Source: Polymyxa betae A26-41 (taxonomy: Eukaryota; Protista; Endomyxa: Phytomyxea). Taken from it: 64,000 bases of DNA. Below the pieces are notes generated by a model. It saw nothing but the letters and a program-made list of their open reading frames with translations. It searched no databases and was not told the origin of the DNA. The stretch lies in contig RBZT01000564.1 in assembly GCA_003693705.1 (NCBI GenBank), positions 32,322-96,321 on the forward strand. The letters run 5' to 3'. Shown here one piece after another: positions 22,541 to 36,627 of the stretch (position 1 is its first letter; the number at the start of each line of letters is the position of its first letter). Position numbers and translations under genes: made by a program.

Positions 22541-25500
22541 TCAGATGTCTTCGAATGCAGCACTCCTGATAGTTCCTCCAACTGCAGTTGATGCACAGAC
22601 TGGGAACCATATTATGATTGTGCATATGAATACATATATGTAGAGCCATGTGGCAACGCCACTGGCGTACAATGCCGCAAATGCACCCAACGTTATTGAT
22701 ATAATCACCATGTATTCTTTGAAATACTTCCCCTGAAATTTGTCTTTGAGATAGCAAAGGACGGGAGTAGATATGAAAGCGATTGGCAAAACGACATTCA
22801 GAAGATCTGTATCGGAAAAGTCCACGAATGGTAGACCCAGCAGTTGATGAAATGCAAGCAAAAATAACGAATTCATAGCTCCAACAACAATACAGGTAGG
22901 GAGCGCCACCGAGTGATGTAGTTGGAAGTAACAATCAACCATGAAAAACAATAAAGCACCGGCGCTACAGCCATTCAGATAAGAGAAGATCCCGGACACC
23001 GCTCCAAACAAGACAACATCTATGTTGTCCATTGCAGTAATACTTTGAACCTGTTAAAGGTTTTCGCGGACAGATAGCGCTGAGCTACACCCATCGTCAA
23101 AGAGAATGTGATAAATATGCCGATGGTTGCAAGAATAATAAGATCATGGTCGAAAACACCATCGACGAGGAAATAGGAGAACACGTCGCCCATGATAGCT
23201 CCAACTGTTCCCAGTATGGCCAAACTCCAGTCTATAGGCTGCCCCATGATGCCGTTAATAACTGCAGCCATACATAAGGCCGATATCTGCGACCAACTGT
23301 GAATTAGAAAGCGACGCCCCAACGAGATTGAAATTATCATGACCGAACCTGACCGAAGTTTGAAGCGTATCGAACACGAAGCTCTTCAGCCTGCGATTCG
23401 AGATTAAGAGTGGTCAAGGTCATCCCGAAACCGAAAGGCGTCCAAGACGAGACAACGGCGTCGCAGGCAGCAGTGACAGCGATAATGGGGTTCTTCAGGA
23501 TTGAGTTCCATATCTAGAGAGGCAGCATTACTAACAGCAGATTTCGATTTCGAACTGCTCACCGAGGTAGGATCGATAAAGAATGTGATGCAAATGGCGG
23601 AGAGCGCAAGCAACAGAGCAGTCAATATGAGCGGCGAGCGACGCATCAGTCGCAGAACGGACGATGATGCTTTCGCGATCCACAGGGACGTCGTTTGGGA
23701 GTCTTTTTTCGATTGGAACTATGCAGATCCTTGAAGATGGTTTGACGGACATCTATAGGAACGAATTTCAGCAGATCTTGCGTCTGTGGGAATTCGCGGG
23801 CGATATCTCTCAAGCCGCTCTTGACAACGCCGAAGTACCCTACGATCAGCATTCAGAAGAGGCGTTGAATCTGAGCAAAATCAGACCGTAGATGTTAACA
23901 ATGATGACCATAGCAATCAGAGTATAACCCAATGATAACTAGTTACAGATTAGCGCGAAGACGCTGACAGAAATGATCGAAACGAACCCGATCAGCAGCT
24001 AGTTGAGCTCGATCAAGGGTCAGCAGCTGGGAGAAATAACGGGCGACGTTGCCAGTAAAAGCGTTATCAATCTTAAACGCCAGATTGAAATCGTCGGATT
24101 GCAGCTGTTGCTGTAGGAAAGCGTCGCGTGTTGCAAAACCGGGAACGAAATTCGGACCCGATCGGATTTCTATAAGAAACTTAAACACCATCGGAAGAGC
24201 AGCAAAATGAAACACCAACTTTGAATTCCGGTGTCGAAATCGTTAATCAATTGGGGTATAAGTCGAACCAATTCTGCAATTAACGCTTGGCGACCATTTC
24301 GGGCCAGTCCATTCGAGAACGTGCGGCAATCCGGGGCAGCTGCGGCGATGTCCGGAATGAGACAGACGTCGCCGAACTCCCACTCGAAGTGCCCATTGCC
24401 CGAGTTTAAACAGCCTGGATAGTAGTCGTCACCGAGAACGCCGCCAAAGATCAGCGATCTTCGATGTTCTTCCGACAGTGCCACGTCGGTGATGACAGCA
24501 GCATGCTTCGAGGCCGTTGTGTTGGTGGCATTGCGCGAAAGCAGCATATCCGCCGATACGAGCAGCAGCTCTCGTGTATTGAACAGCGCTCGTCGTAAAA
24601 GCGATCCCGAACGCCATCCGTATTGGAAGCGAGCCGGTAAGGGCGCCCTTGCGTCCGCCTACAAACACGTTTAGAGACAGATGAGCACTAACCCTAAAAC
24701 CCTAACCTGACTGAGAATTCCAACATGTCTGTAAGTGAAAAAGATGACATAGAGAATGATGAGCTGGCCGAATTTGACCAGATAGCGCAACAGGCGCCGA
24801 GTTTTAAACTTGGATGTTTTGCGGATCTGGCTTTCGATGCGTTTCAGACCTTTCTGCTTGGCCGAATCGGTGTTCTTCTCTTTGGCGACCGTGTTGAAAA
24901 TGTTGAACGAGGCTTCGGTTCGAGCATCACCTTCAATCGATGACGATTCGGTTTCAGTCTTTTGCAGGATCGAGATGCGGTCGTTGTATGGTGTGATGAT
25001 GTTGTTGACCGATGCATTCGGAACATGGAATACTGTAATCATGGCAAGATCGTTACGCAGCTGGACGCCGATAATCGTCGCCCGAACCGCATACATGAAC
25101 AGGAATATAGCGGCGGCGATTTGCAGAACGAGATCAGCTAGGTCTGAGAGCAGGATGAGTCGGTTCTGCTCTTTGGCGGCGTCCGTCCCGAATCCGGCCA
25201 GCTTGTTGCTGACTTCGGTCAGACTTTGAACGTTGTCGATGATATAACGCAGCGCGTTTGCATCAATTTGATCGAGTTGGTCAACCGGGACCGAGCTGAT
25301 CTCCTTCGCAAGCTGATGATACATCTCGATTGCATTCAGGGTCGTCATATCGAATGTGCAGCTTGTATTGATGGATTCCGTACAGAAGATGACTGTGTAC
25401 GTATCGGCGAGTGTCGTCATGATGATCGAATCCCAGCCAAGTCTGCCTGCAAGCAGACTATCTCGGCAAGCACCGGCAATGGAAGCAAATTTTTGGACCG

Positions 25501-28500
25501 TGGCGAAATGCTTCTTGACCAAGGAATGGTCGGGATCCGAGATTAAGCCTCTGGAGATAAGATCGACGGCACGAATCGAATCCGCTAGGCGTAGAACATC
25601 GATTCCAAACTCGCCCGAATAGTTCGCTGTCCCGATATCGGCCATGAAACTCGTCACGATGCGGTCGGCGACGAAGACCTGTCCCAGCGACAGGATCGCC
25701 AACATGAGAAAGACGGAGATGAATGCCCGATGCAGCCACTTCATCAGGACGAGCTCGAGCCGTTTTTGAACGGCGTCGTTGTTCGTATCGTTGCCGCCGG
25801 CCGCGCTTGACGTCGCGTTCGACGTGCGAGTCGGATGCTTTGGAATTCTCCGATAACGATATCGGGATGTCCTCTAAGATAACTCCAGGTTTGCGGGAAG
25901 ACGATCTCGCATCGTCCATGGTTTGCTTCCCCAAAATATCAATCCGGACGGTCACAGCAATTTCGTCGTCCAGTAAAGTCCAGGTCTGAAATCTACACAA
26001 GATGTGTCAAAGCAGTTCTGAATTTACAAAAGGACGGGTATAACCTTAATGCCATCTGGAATTTGACTCCGTCTTTTACCAATGACATGAGACGGATATA
26101 GTCCGGATTGGAGGCGATTGCTTTCCGATACGCTGCATGCTGCGCTTCGATATCAGGAATTATGTCCTGGATGTGAATGTTGTGCAAATCGACGCGATCC
26201 TTCTCAATGCCGAACTGCAATGACACCGTTTGCGAGATAGCTGTGACGACGCCAGCTCGATCAAAAATGATAATAAGCGAATCGGGATTGGTGGATTCAA
26301 TGACGCCAATGAAGCAGAGTGTGCTGAGATCTTTCACGAACGCCTTCACAAAAATATTGACGTCTTGAATGTAACCGTTCTGGTGCAGAATGACGAGGTT
26401 GCTCTTGCCGTCAATTAACCTCTGGACGCCCTGCTGTAGGTTGCGCAAAAGCATTCCATCGTGGTTCGATGCGAACGGCTCTGGCATGATAATCCTGACC
26501 AGATTTCAAATCCAGTACGTCCGGGAGCGCTTGGCGCCTACCTGCAGTTCTTGCCGACTAGTACCGACGTTGAGAATCCCAATAGCTGAGCTGCCCGTGA
26601 ATTGCAATCAATGATAACGCCAAAATTTCGCATATTCCCACTAATTAGGACAACCGCAGCTATCGGTGGAATTTAGTGACTTCAAGAGGAATTTAGCAAG
26701 CTTGTTACCTCGATCATCGAAAAGTAGGTCCTTGAAAACGGAAGTCTGTTTCATTTTCGCCTTTGCTTGTTGCATTTCTTTCGCTCTCTCCAGCAGACGG
26801 TCGCCAGATCGGAAGTCTCTCAGAATCGTCAATACAAACCCACTAAATCGGAGCACATGAGCGAACCCAAAACTCAAAAAAAGATTACAGTAACTGTAAG
26901 ATTGCAGAGCAGTCACCGAATCATCAGAAATACTGATAGCCTTGGCGTAATTGGAATAGGCGGTTTTGGATTCGTTGCTGATTTGGACAGCTAGCTCCCT
27001 CATTCTGTCATCATCGGGTTTCGATTTCAGAGCTTCAGTCCAGAAATCGATCGTGGCTTGAACAATCCTCAGATCCAAGTTTTGTGCTCGCTCCAGGAGA
27101 TCGCGCTGAGTATTATACTGTATAATCTCACTGTTCGATTCCGATTCGAAGATTCGGTCTTCAATAGTCCTTTGAATACGATATAAAAGAAATCGCTCGT
27201 CAGCTTTCGGATTTAGGACAGAGACCTGATCCAAGTACATATAGGCAAGGAAATAGATGCGAGCGATGTCAATTTGGAAAGTTGCCGCAGCCAGCAATAA
27301 ATGGATCGAATCTGGGAATCGAGTCAGCGACGTGACAATGATAGACTTGCATTCGTGAAAGTCCATCATTTCAGCATGATGGTCTCCTTTCTGTGGCTTA
27401 TCACCAGCATTCAGTTCAATGACAACGTCTTCTTTGTCATCGAGATCCTCGCAATCAACTTTTGCTCGAACTTGTTGCTTAAGCAATGCAGTTTTCATTG
27501 CGGTCTGATCTACGTCTTGCAGAGCAATTCGAAACCGAATTTGGACCTCCCAAGGGTTGTTTAGTTCCGTAATTGGTACAGCTCGAAGGTGCTCGAAACG
27601 ACCTTGAATGATGAGATACGATGATAGAACCACGACTGGAATTCCACCAAGAAACATGAATACGGCTCCTCCGCTAGAATCGTTGTTGTAAACGGATGCT
27701 ACAATGGCGCTCAGACTCGCCCAGGAGAATATCCAAGATAGCGCCGCTTGATAGTGCATCATGCGGTAATCATAATAAGGCAGGTACATCGTGATCAGAT
27801 AAGACACCGATACCGACAATGCAAACGCCGAAATGCTCAACAGTAAGGCGTTCGTCGTACAAACCGAGATTATTACAAGCAGTATCTGAATTTCAATCAG
27901 AAAGGCCAAACAAAACCCTCTCAAAAATCATACTTTGCAAAACGCATAAAACACATCAATCCGGGACTGAGCCCGCGCGGAAACCGACTTCGATAACGGA
28001 TTCATATCGAATACGGCACTGATATAGCAAATGCTGACGAACACAGTTGGCAACAATGCCAGAAACCCAAGAAACTGATTCAAAGCATTACTGCTCAGGA
28101 TCTGCTGGAACAAAACGCGAATGATAGGCACGAAGCCAACCGAGACCATCAGGTTTGCTAGGACGGAATAGAGCTCCATTATCACAGGAATCTGATTGTT
28201 TTGTTTTATCAACCATGCTATAGCGACACCTCCGCCTGCAATTACACAGAGGTTATTTAGGCCGTCAACGTGAGAAATTCCAATGCTAGATGGGAAGGAA
28301 TGATCAATTAAGAATTTGACATACCTAGGAGAAGACCTATCAGTGATAATGCGATCTGAAAAGCGGATTGCAGAAGTCCTACTGAGTCCAGTACAGATTC
28401 TGAGAATAACGAACAGAACGAAATTACTGGCTGAGCATGAACTTGGCTCCAAGGAATCAATGCAGATGATCCGTTTAAAGCAAATAAAATGCCGATAATT

Positions 28501-28670
28501 TGTATGGTTTGAATCACAGAGCTCAGCTGCGATAAATAGCGCGTCGAACTTTGAATCGAATTCAGCGAGAAAAGGATCTTGAACAGCCCTTCAGTGATCT
28601 CATGATACGACTGCTGTATATAAGTGGCTATCGACTCATTATTTGTATCATTGATTAGGCCATCCGACAT
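22541..28670 (-). CDS. TmcB/TmcC-like PAS-domain multipass membrane gene + TauE/SafE-like module, paralog A (two apparent frameshifts; possibly split or pseudogene)
   Basis: N-terminal TM bundle (..YLPYYDYRM..), TPR-like region (FWTEALKSKPD...YAKAISI), PAS (MPEPFASNHDGMLLRNL..HQNGYI), further TMs, then TauE-like TMs; colinear with 29429-36024. Confidence 0.75.
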
Positions 28671-29428
28671 GGTCAGATCCGGGTCGGCGTTTCCAGCTAT
28701 TGTGACCTAATGCAAATGAGTAAATGACGATGCAGATAGGCAGATGATGACCGTTTCTAACGTTGAGCTGGCTCTGCATCTATGACCGGTTCGACTGTCG
28801 GGTGGTAGTCACATTTGCAAAACCAGTCTGAAGATCACCCGACGACGCCTGGTGGCGACTGGCAATGAAGGCAGGAGCAATTCGCCGGGCAAGAACTGGA
28901 ATGCTTGGCAAATATCCATTCAGCATGAGCTACCTACACCAAGTGGTACGAGCCAGAAAGGGGGTCCAGACGCCGACGACGACTTTGCTTCAAGCCTTTT
29001 GTGAGGAAATGAAGGCCACATCGGATCATTGAAATGGGAGATAGACATCTCCCTTTTAAGAAAGACCCACTTGCGTATTATGTTTCAGCAGGTATCAAAT
29101 GCACGATCGTTAGGAGAACAAATTCCAGGAAATTGACACTTGAAGATAGTCATGAGAGATGGTAACAGAAAGAAATCGGCCCCAAGACGAGTAACACTCG
29201 AAGGCTAGTCTTTCTACAACTACATATCCTATATTGTTAGTCTTTCACCAGTTAGGTGATAAGAGACAGCATCGAATGCAAGTTCATACGTACCACATTG
29301 ACGGTCCTGTCCTGTTTCTGTATTCATTACATTTAAATTATACAGGCATGCTTTGCCTTGACGATCACGGTTTTCTCTTGAGTAATCATTTTTACAACAG
29401 TCCTTCATTTGACAGTCAACTACATTTT

Positions 29429-32400
29429 TTATACGTCTTCAAAAGCAGCGCTTCTGATGGTGCCACCAACTGCAGTTGACGCGCAGACTGGGAGCCAGAG
29501 TACGAGTGCACATATAAATACATAAATATAGATCCATGTGCCGACACCTCTAGCTGACGCCGCTATAAACACACCGAATGCAATCGAGATAATCACCATA
29601 TATTCTTTGAAATACCTTCCCTGCGATCTGACGCTGAAATAGCAAAGCACAGGGGTTGATATGAAAACGATTGGAAGAATAACATTCAGCAAATCTGTAT
29701 CCGAAAAATCTACGTACGGTATGTCCAGCAACTGATGGAATCCAAGTAAGAACAGGGAATTCACAGCTCCTACTAATATAGAGGTGGGAAGAGCGATTGA
29801 AAAGTGCAGCTGGAAATAACAGTCGACCATAAAGAAAAACAAAGCGCCACAGCTAGAGCCGTTAAGGTACGAGAAAGCCCCAGACAAAGCTCCAAATAAC
29901 AGAACATCAACATGATCCATGCCAGTGATATTTTGAACCTTTTTAAACATTTTCGCAGAAAGATAACGTTGTGCTATGCCCATCGTTAACGAATATGTAA
30001 TAAATAGGGCGAAAGTAACAAGATTAACAAGATCTCTGTCGAAGACACCATCGACCAAAAAATAGGAAAAGATATTGCCCAAGATGGACCCTATTGTTCC
30101 AAACAGAGCCATATTCCACTCTATGGGTTGTCCGAGAATTCCATTCATCAAAGTAGCCATGCATAGAGCAGTCATCTGAATCAATATACGTGAGAACACG
30201 GAAGCTAAATAAACTACAGCTATGAACATACCTGACCAAAATGTGTAGCAAGTGCGACCCTGACCTCTTCAGCAGTCGTATCGAAGTTGATGTTGGTCAA
30301 AATGAACCCAAAACCGAAAGGAGTCCAAGATGAGATTATAGAATCACATGCAGCACCAAAGGCAGCCAAAGGATTTGAGGTCAATGATTTCCAAATCTAG
30401 CAGACAGCATCAGTAATTGCAGTTAAAATTCCGAAGGTCCTAACCGATGACGGATCCGTAAAGAATGTTAGGCAAATTGCTGAAATTCCAAGGAACAAAG
30501 CAGTCGATAAGAGTGGTGATCGTCGCAGCTGGCGCAAAACAGCTAATGGGGCCTTGCTAAGTAATGAGATAGACCTAGTTGACCGGTCGTCATTTTTGGA
30601 CTTCTTGTGTAAGTCTTTCGAAATCATTTCGCGGATCTCTACTGGAACGAACTTCAGCAGGTCTTGGGTTTGTGTGAACTCACGAGCAATATCTCTTAAA
30701 GCGCTCATTACTACACCAAGATAACCTATAATGAGCAATTCAGCACGAAATGTTCGGGTGCTCATTTGAAGAGATTCCAGACCGTATATATTGATGATGA
30801 TAACCATGGCAATCAAAGTGTAGCCTAAATCTAACTGCCCACAGATCAGACAGTGCGGTGCTAGTCAAATCGTAAGCTCACCCGTTCGACCGCTAGTTGA
30901 GCTCGGTCAACTGTGAGAAGGTGAGCGAAATAGCGAGCGGTGTTTCCATTGAAGTTGTTGTCGATTTTCAACGCCAGATTCAAGTCATGAGATTGGAGTT
31001 GCGCCCTTAGGAAGTCATTTCGTGCTTGAATACCGGGAGCGAAACTCGGATCCGATCGAATATCTAAAATGCGATTGAAAGTGGCAACCAAACTAAAGAT
31101 TGACTACCGACTTTTGATTAAGGAATCCATATCCGTAATGATTTGCGGTATCAGACGAACTAATTCTGCTAAAAGCGCTTGCCGACCGTTGCGAGCAAGC
31201 CCATTAGAAAACGTCCCGCAATCCGGTGCAGCAGTAGCCACATCCGGAATGAAGCAGACATCGGAAAACTCCAGTTCAAAATGGCCATTGCCTGCAGTTA
31301 AATAGCCTGGATAGTAATCGCCGCCCAAGTCACCGCCGAAGATTAACGCTCTTCGCTGAATTTCAGACATGGCAATATCAGCGTCGATGGAGGCATGAAG
31401 ACCGGCTGTGTTGTTAACAGCATCATGCGAAAGTAGCATGTCTGCAGATACGAGTAGCAATTCCCGAGTATTAAATAGAGCTCGCCGCAATAAGGCTGCA
31501 GATCGCCACCCAAATTGAAAGCGAACTGGTAAGGGTGCTCTGGAGTGAGCCTGAAAACTTATAAGTGAAGCATGGAAAATTATACTTTGGATCACCACCT
31601 GACTCAAAATGCCGACATGTCTGTACGTGAAGAAGAACGTGTAAAGGACGACAAGTTGACCGAATTTCAGGAAGTAGCGCAGTAAGCGCCTAGTCTTGAA
31701 TTTCGACGTTTTCCGTATTTGAGATTCGATACGTTTCAGCCGCTTTTGCTTAGAAGAATCACTATTCTTTTCTTTCGTGAGCGTGCCGAAAACGTTGAAA
31801 GAGGCTTCGGTTCTAGCATCTTGGTTTTCACTTGAATCGATTGTTTCAGTTCTTTGCAAGATTGCTAGACGATCGCTATAAGGAGTAATTATGTTGTTGA
31901 CTGAAGAATTTGGAACATGGAACACTGTGATTAATGCATGATCGTTTCGTAACTGAACTCCAATGATGGTAGCTCGAACGGCATATAGAAAGAGAAAAGT
32001 AGCTGCAGCAATTTGCAGGACCAGATCTGCAAGATCAGCTAACCTGATGAGACGGTTCTGTTCTTTTGCTGCAGAGGCCCCAAATCCGGCGACTTTATTG
32101 CTGATCTCGGTTAGAGGACTGACGTTATCTATAATGAAACGTATCGAGTTTGCATCGATTAAGTCAAGTCTGTCGACAGGAACTGAGGCGATTTCTTTGG
32201 AAAGTTGGTTGAACATGTCAAAAGCAACCAAGGTCGTAATCTGGAAATTACAACCGGAAGTAAACGATTTGGTACAGAAGCTGATAGGAAAAGTACTGGA
32301 ATATTCATTCATGACTGCTTCATCCCAACCGAGCCTGCCTGCAAGCAAGCTGTTCCGGCAAATACTTGCAATAACAGCGAACTTCTGAATGGTTGCAAAG

Positions 32401-35400
32401 TGCTTAGCAACAAGCGAATGGTCGGGATCTGAAATGAGGCCTTGCGATACTAGGTCAGTAACTCGAACCGAATCTGCTATGCGAAGATAATCGAGTGCAT
32501 ATTCACCAGAGAAGTTTGAAGTCCCAATGGCAGCCATAAAATCCGCAACGATTTGTTGAGCAACAAATACTTGCCCTAACGAAAGGACTGCCAGCATAAA
32601 GAACACGGAAATAAACGCTCGATGAAGCCACTTCATGAGGGTTTGCTCAAGACGTTTTTGAACAGCGTCATTGGTCGTATCATTATCAGCTGCTGCTTGC
32701 GAAGTCGCATTTGACGTGCGCGAAGGCGATTCGTCAGACGAACGATCCTTCTGGCTCTTGCCCTTAGATCGGGATTGGCCACTGTTTCTGCTTTTGCTGC
32801 CTTGGGCTTTACTTTTCGGTTTCTTCTGTTCCGTTGGAGTCATGTTTGGATAAAAAGGCTGAATATCTTGCTCATTCGAACCGGCGGCATCATGATCTGG
32901 AGATGGTCCAGAATCCGAGACCGCAACAGCAAGCGCCGGAACTTTGGGTTCTGTGGGCTCCAAATTATCATTAACAATGCGGGAAAGTTCACGTCCAGGA
33001 TCTTCACTGTCTGCCAGTGCATGATCAACGACTGACGAAGGGTCATGATCAAGCGCAGCAACATGGTCAACCGCTAAATGCGATAACGCGGGTCCATCGT
33101 CTGTTTCGGTCTCAGATTCAGAGCTTTGCCAGTTGCTATGTGCCTGGCTGCCATCTGACTGCGAATGTCGCTGAGTATCCGATTGGTCAGCAGTGCCCGA
33201 AACGGAGACTGGGATATCTTCCAAATTCATTCCCGGCTTGTGGAACGGTGAGTCAGGATCGTCAATAGCTTGCTTTCCTAAAATGTCGATTCGAACTGTC
33301 ACCGCAATATCATCGTTTAGTAAGCTCCAAGTCTGGAACCTAAGAACGAGCACGCCTAAATTTTGACAATAGGACCAAGCTCAGCGGTTACCTGATTGAT
33401 ATTTGGAACTTTATTCCGTCTCTTTCCAGTGAAATGAGTCTGACATAGTCCGGATTTGAGGCGATTGCTTTGCGATAAGCAGCATGCTGCGATTCAATAT
33501 CAGGGATGATATCTTGGATGTGAATATCGTGAGAGTCGACACGGTCCTTCTCGATACCGAATTGTAAAGAAACGGTTTGCGAGATAGCTGTAACGACACC
33601 AGATCGATCATAAATAATAATAAGCGAATCGGGATTGATGGATTCAACGACGCCGATGAAGCAAAGTGTGCTGAGATCTTTAATGAATGATTTGACGAAA
33701 AGGTTGACATCTTGAATATAGCCGTTTTGATGAAGAATGACCAGGTTGTTCTTGCCATCAATCAATTTTTGTACACCTTGCTGTAGGTTACGTAGAAGTA
33801 AACCATCGTGGTTTGATGCGAAGGGCTCAGGAAGAAAGATTCTGTAGCAGAATTTAGATGCTATCAGCCGCCACACATGATCAACCTGCTATTCTTCCCA
33901 ACCAATATGGATTTAGAGAAGCCTAAGAGCTGGGCAGCACGAAGATTGCAGTCAAGAATGACGCCCAAATTCCGAATGTTTCCACTTATTAACACAACCG
34001 CAGCTAAACAGGCAAGTCAGTGATTCCAAGGCTGGCAAGCGAGCTAAAAACCTCGGTCATCAAAAAGTAAGTCCTTAAAAACAGACGTCTGTTTCAGTTT
34101 TGTCTTTGCTTGCTGCAGCTCCTTAGCTCTCTCCAAGAGACGCTCGCCAGATCGAATGTCTCTCAGAATCGTCAACAAAAATCCACTAATTGAGGTTTAG
34201 ATCAACAAATGATATTGCTAGATGCAAACCAGTGTTACCTGTACGATTGCAAAGCAGTCACCGAATCATCAGAAATGCCCATACCTTTGGAATAGCTCGA
34301 ATATGCAGTTTTGGATTCGTTGCTGATTTGGACAGCTAGCTCCCTCATTCTGTCATCATCGGGCTTCGATTTCAGAGCTTCAGTCCAGAAATCGATCGTG
34401 GCTTGAACAATCCTCAGATCCAAGTTTTGTGCTCGCTCCAGGAGATCGCGCTGAGTATTATACTGTATAATCTCACTGTTCGATTCCGATTCGAAGATTC
34501 GGTCTTCAATAGTCCTTTGAATACGATATAAAAGAAATCGCTCGTCAGCTTTCGGATTTAGGACAGAGACCTGATCCAAGTACATATAGGCAAGGAAATA
34601 GATGCGAGCGATATCAATATGGAAAGTTGCCGCAGCCAGCAATAAATGGATCGAATCTGGGAATCGAGTCAGCGACGTGACAATGATAGACTTGCATTCG
34701 TGAAAGTCCATCATTTCAGCATGATGGTCTCCTTTCTGTGGCTTATCACCAGCATTCAGTTCAATGACAACGTCTTCTTTGTCAACGAGATTCTCGCGAT
34801 CAACTTTTGCTCGAATTTGATGTTGCTTAAGCAATGCAGTTTTCATTGCGGTCTGATCTACGTCCTGTAGAGCAATTCGAAACCGAATTTGGACCTCCCA
34901 AGGGTTCTTCAGTTCCGTAATTGGTACAGCTCGAAGGTGCTCGAAGCGACCTTGAATGATGAGATACGATGATAGAACCACAACTGGAATTCCACCGACA
35001 AACATGAATACGGCTCCTCCGCTAGAATCGTTGTTGTAAACGGATGCTACAATGGCGCTCAGACTCGCCCAGGAGAATATCCAAGAACACGCTGCCTGGT
35101 ACTGCATCATGCGACAATCATAATAGGGCAGGTACATCGTCAACAGATAGGAGACCGATACCGACAGTACGAATGCTGTTATGCTTAGAATAAACGCATT
35201 GGTTGTGCTGACGGAAACGATGACGACAAGAATCTATGTTCAGGCTCATTACAAGAGCAAATAATATCGGCATTGACGTACTTTGGAAATCGCATAAAGA
35301 ACATCGACGCGGGTCTGCGAACGAGCTGAAGCGGATTTTGATAGCGGATTTGTATCGAATACAGCACTGATATAACAAATGTTTAACACCATCATAGGAA

Positions 35401-36024
35401 TGAAGGCAATTACGCCAAGGAACTGATTTAATGCGTTATCACTCAGGATTTGCAGGACCAGAACTCGAATTATGGGTACTAGGATAATTGAGAACAATAA
35501 GTTCGCTAAAACAGAATAGAGTTCCAATAGAATAGGAATCTGGTTGTTATGCTTCATCAGCAACGCAATACCGACCCCTCCTCCTACAAGGCTACAATTT
35601 AAGTATTGGCACGATTAAAAAATTAAAGTATTGAAAATAGTAAAATGACAGGCCAAATCGTTGTAAACATTCTCAGACCTAATAGCAGCCCGACTAATGA
35701 CAGGGCGATCTGGAAAGATACTTGCGAAGCCCCTAATGAGTTGAATCCTTGTTCTGAGAATATCGAGCAGAAGGAAATTACGGGGCGAGCGTGAATCTGG
35801 CTCCAAGGAATCACAGTAACGGACCCATTCAAAGTAAATAAAATGCCAATCATTTGAATAGTTTGAACTATACAGCTAAGTTGCGATAGATACCGGCTAG
35901 AGCCTTGGATGGAATTGAGGGAAAACAGTATCTTGTACACTCCGTCGCTGATTTCATGATAGGATTGCTGTAAATACGTGGCTATGGAGTCATTATTTGC
36001 ATCGTTGAGCAATTCCTCCGCCAT
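29429..36024 (-). CDS. TmcB/TmcC-like PAS-domain multipass membrane protein fused in frame to a TauE/SafE-like C-terminal module, paralog B
   Basis: Same architecture as paralog A; PAS LGVILDCNLRAAQLLGFSKSILVGKN...PEPFASNHDG; reading continues ...LLKFVPVEIREMISKDLH...LRRSPLLSTALF into the TauE-like exons. Confidence 0.8.
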
Positions 36025-36627
36025 GGATGATCAGCACTTCCAATGCCGAAAATATGGCTTGTGACCAGAAGCACATTGAGTTATTCACCAAAACCAGCGC
36101 TCCAAGTCCAAGAAGGAATGAATGATTGAAACGAAGTAGTTTTTCAATATTCTGACTTCAAAGGTATGCAATACTAGACACGAACGCCATACAGGTGCGA
36201 ACAGTTTTTCTGCATGAATTCTACCAGGACATTCAACTTTTGGTAGATAAAAGGCATATGAGCTCCTTCAAAAAGCATGAGCGCCGGGATAGTTTATCAT
36301 CGTATGAGGAAGACGGATCCATTGGCGATGGCCTACAAATGCAAGAACAGTTATCTTCTCACAATTGACCCAAGAGCGAAACGCTCCCCAGGAGCCCGGA
36401 TCGATCCAGCGTGATAAAGGAATGATGATGGACCGATGGCGTTCATGGGGATGTGTCTCTGTCTCCCTCGCTCTCTCTCTCGCTTTGTGATGATGTGGAA
36501 GTCGCCCATTTGGTGGAGGGGAACTGCGTATACGTTTCACCCGAGTCATCTCTGTCATTTGAGTGTCATCTCAACACAGTTGTCTGCCATCTGCATTTGA
36601 AGCTTCGATTCGAACTGGCTTCATAGA

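Noticed and set aside
28700-29230. Coding-like GC-richer patch between the Tmc paralogs
   Set aside because: Only short ORFs, no recognisable motif or terminal repeats
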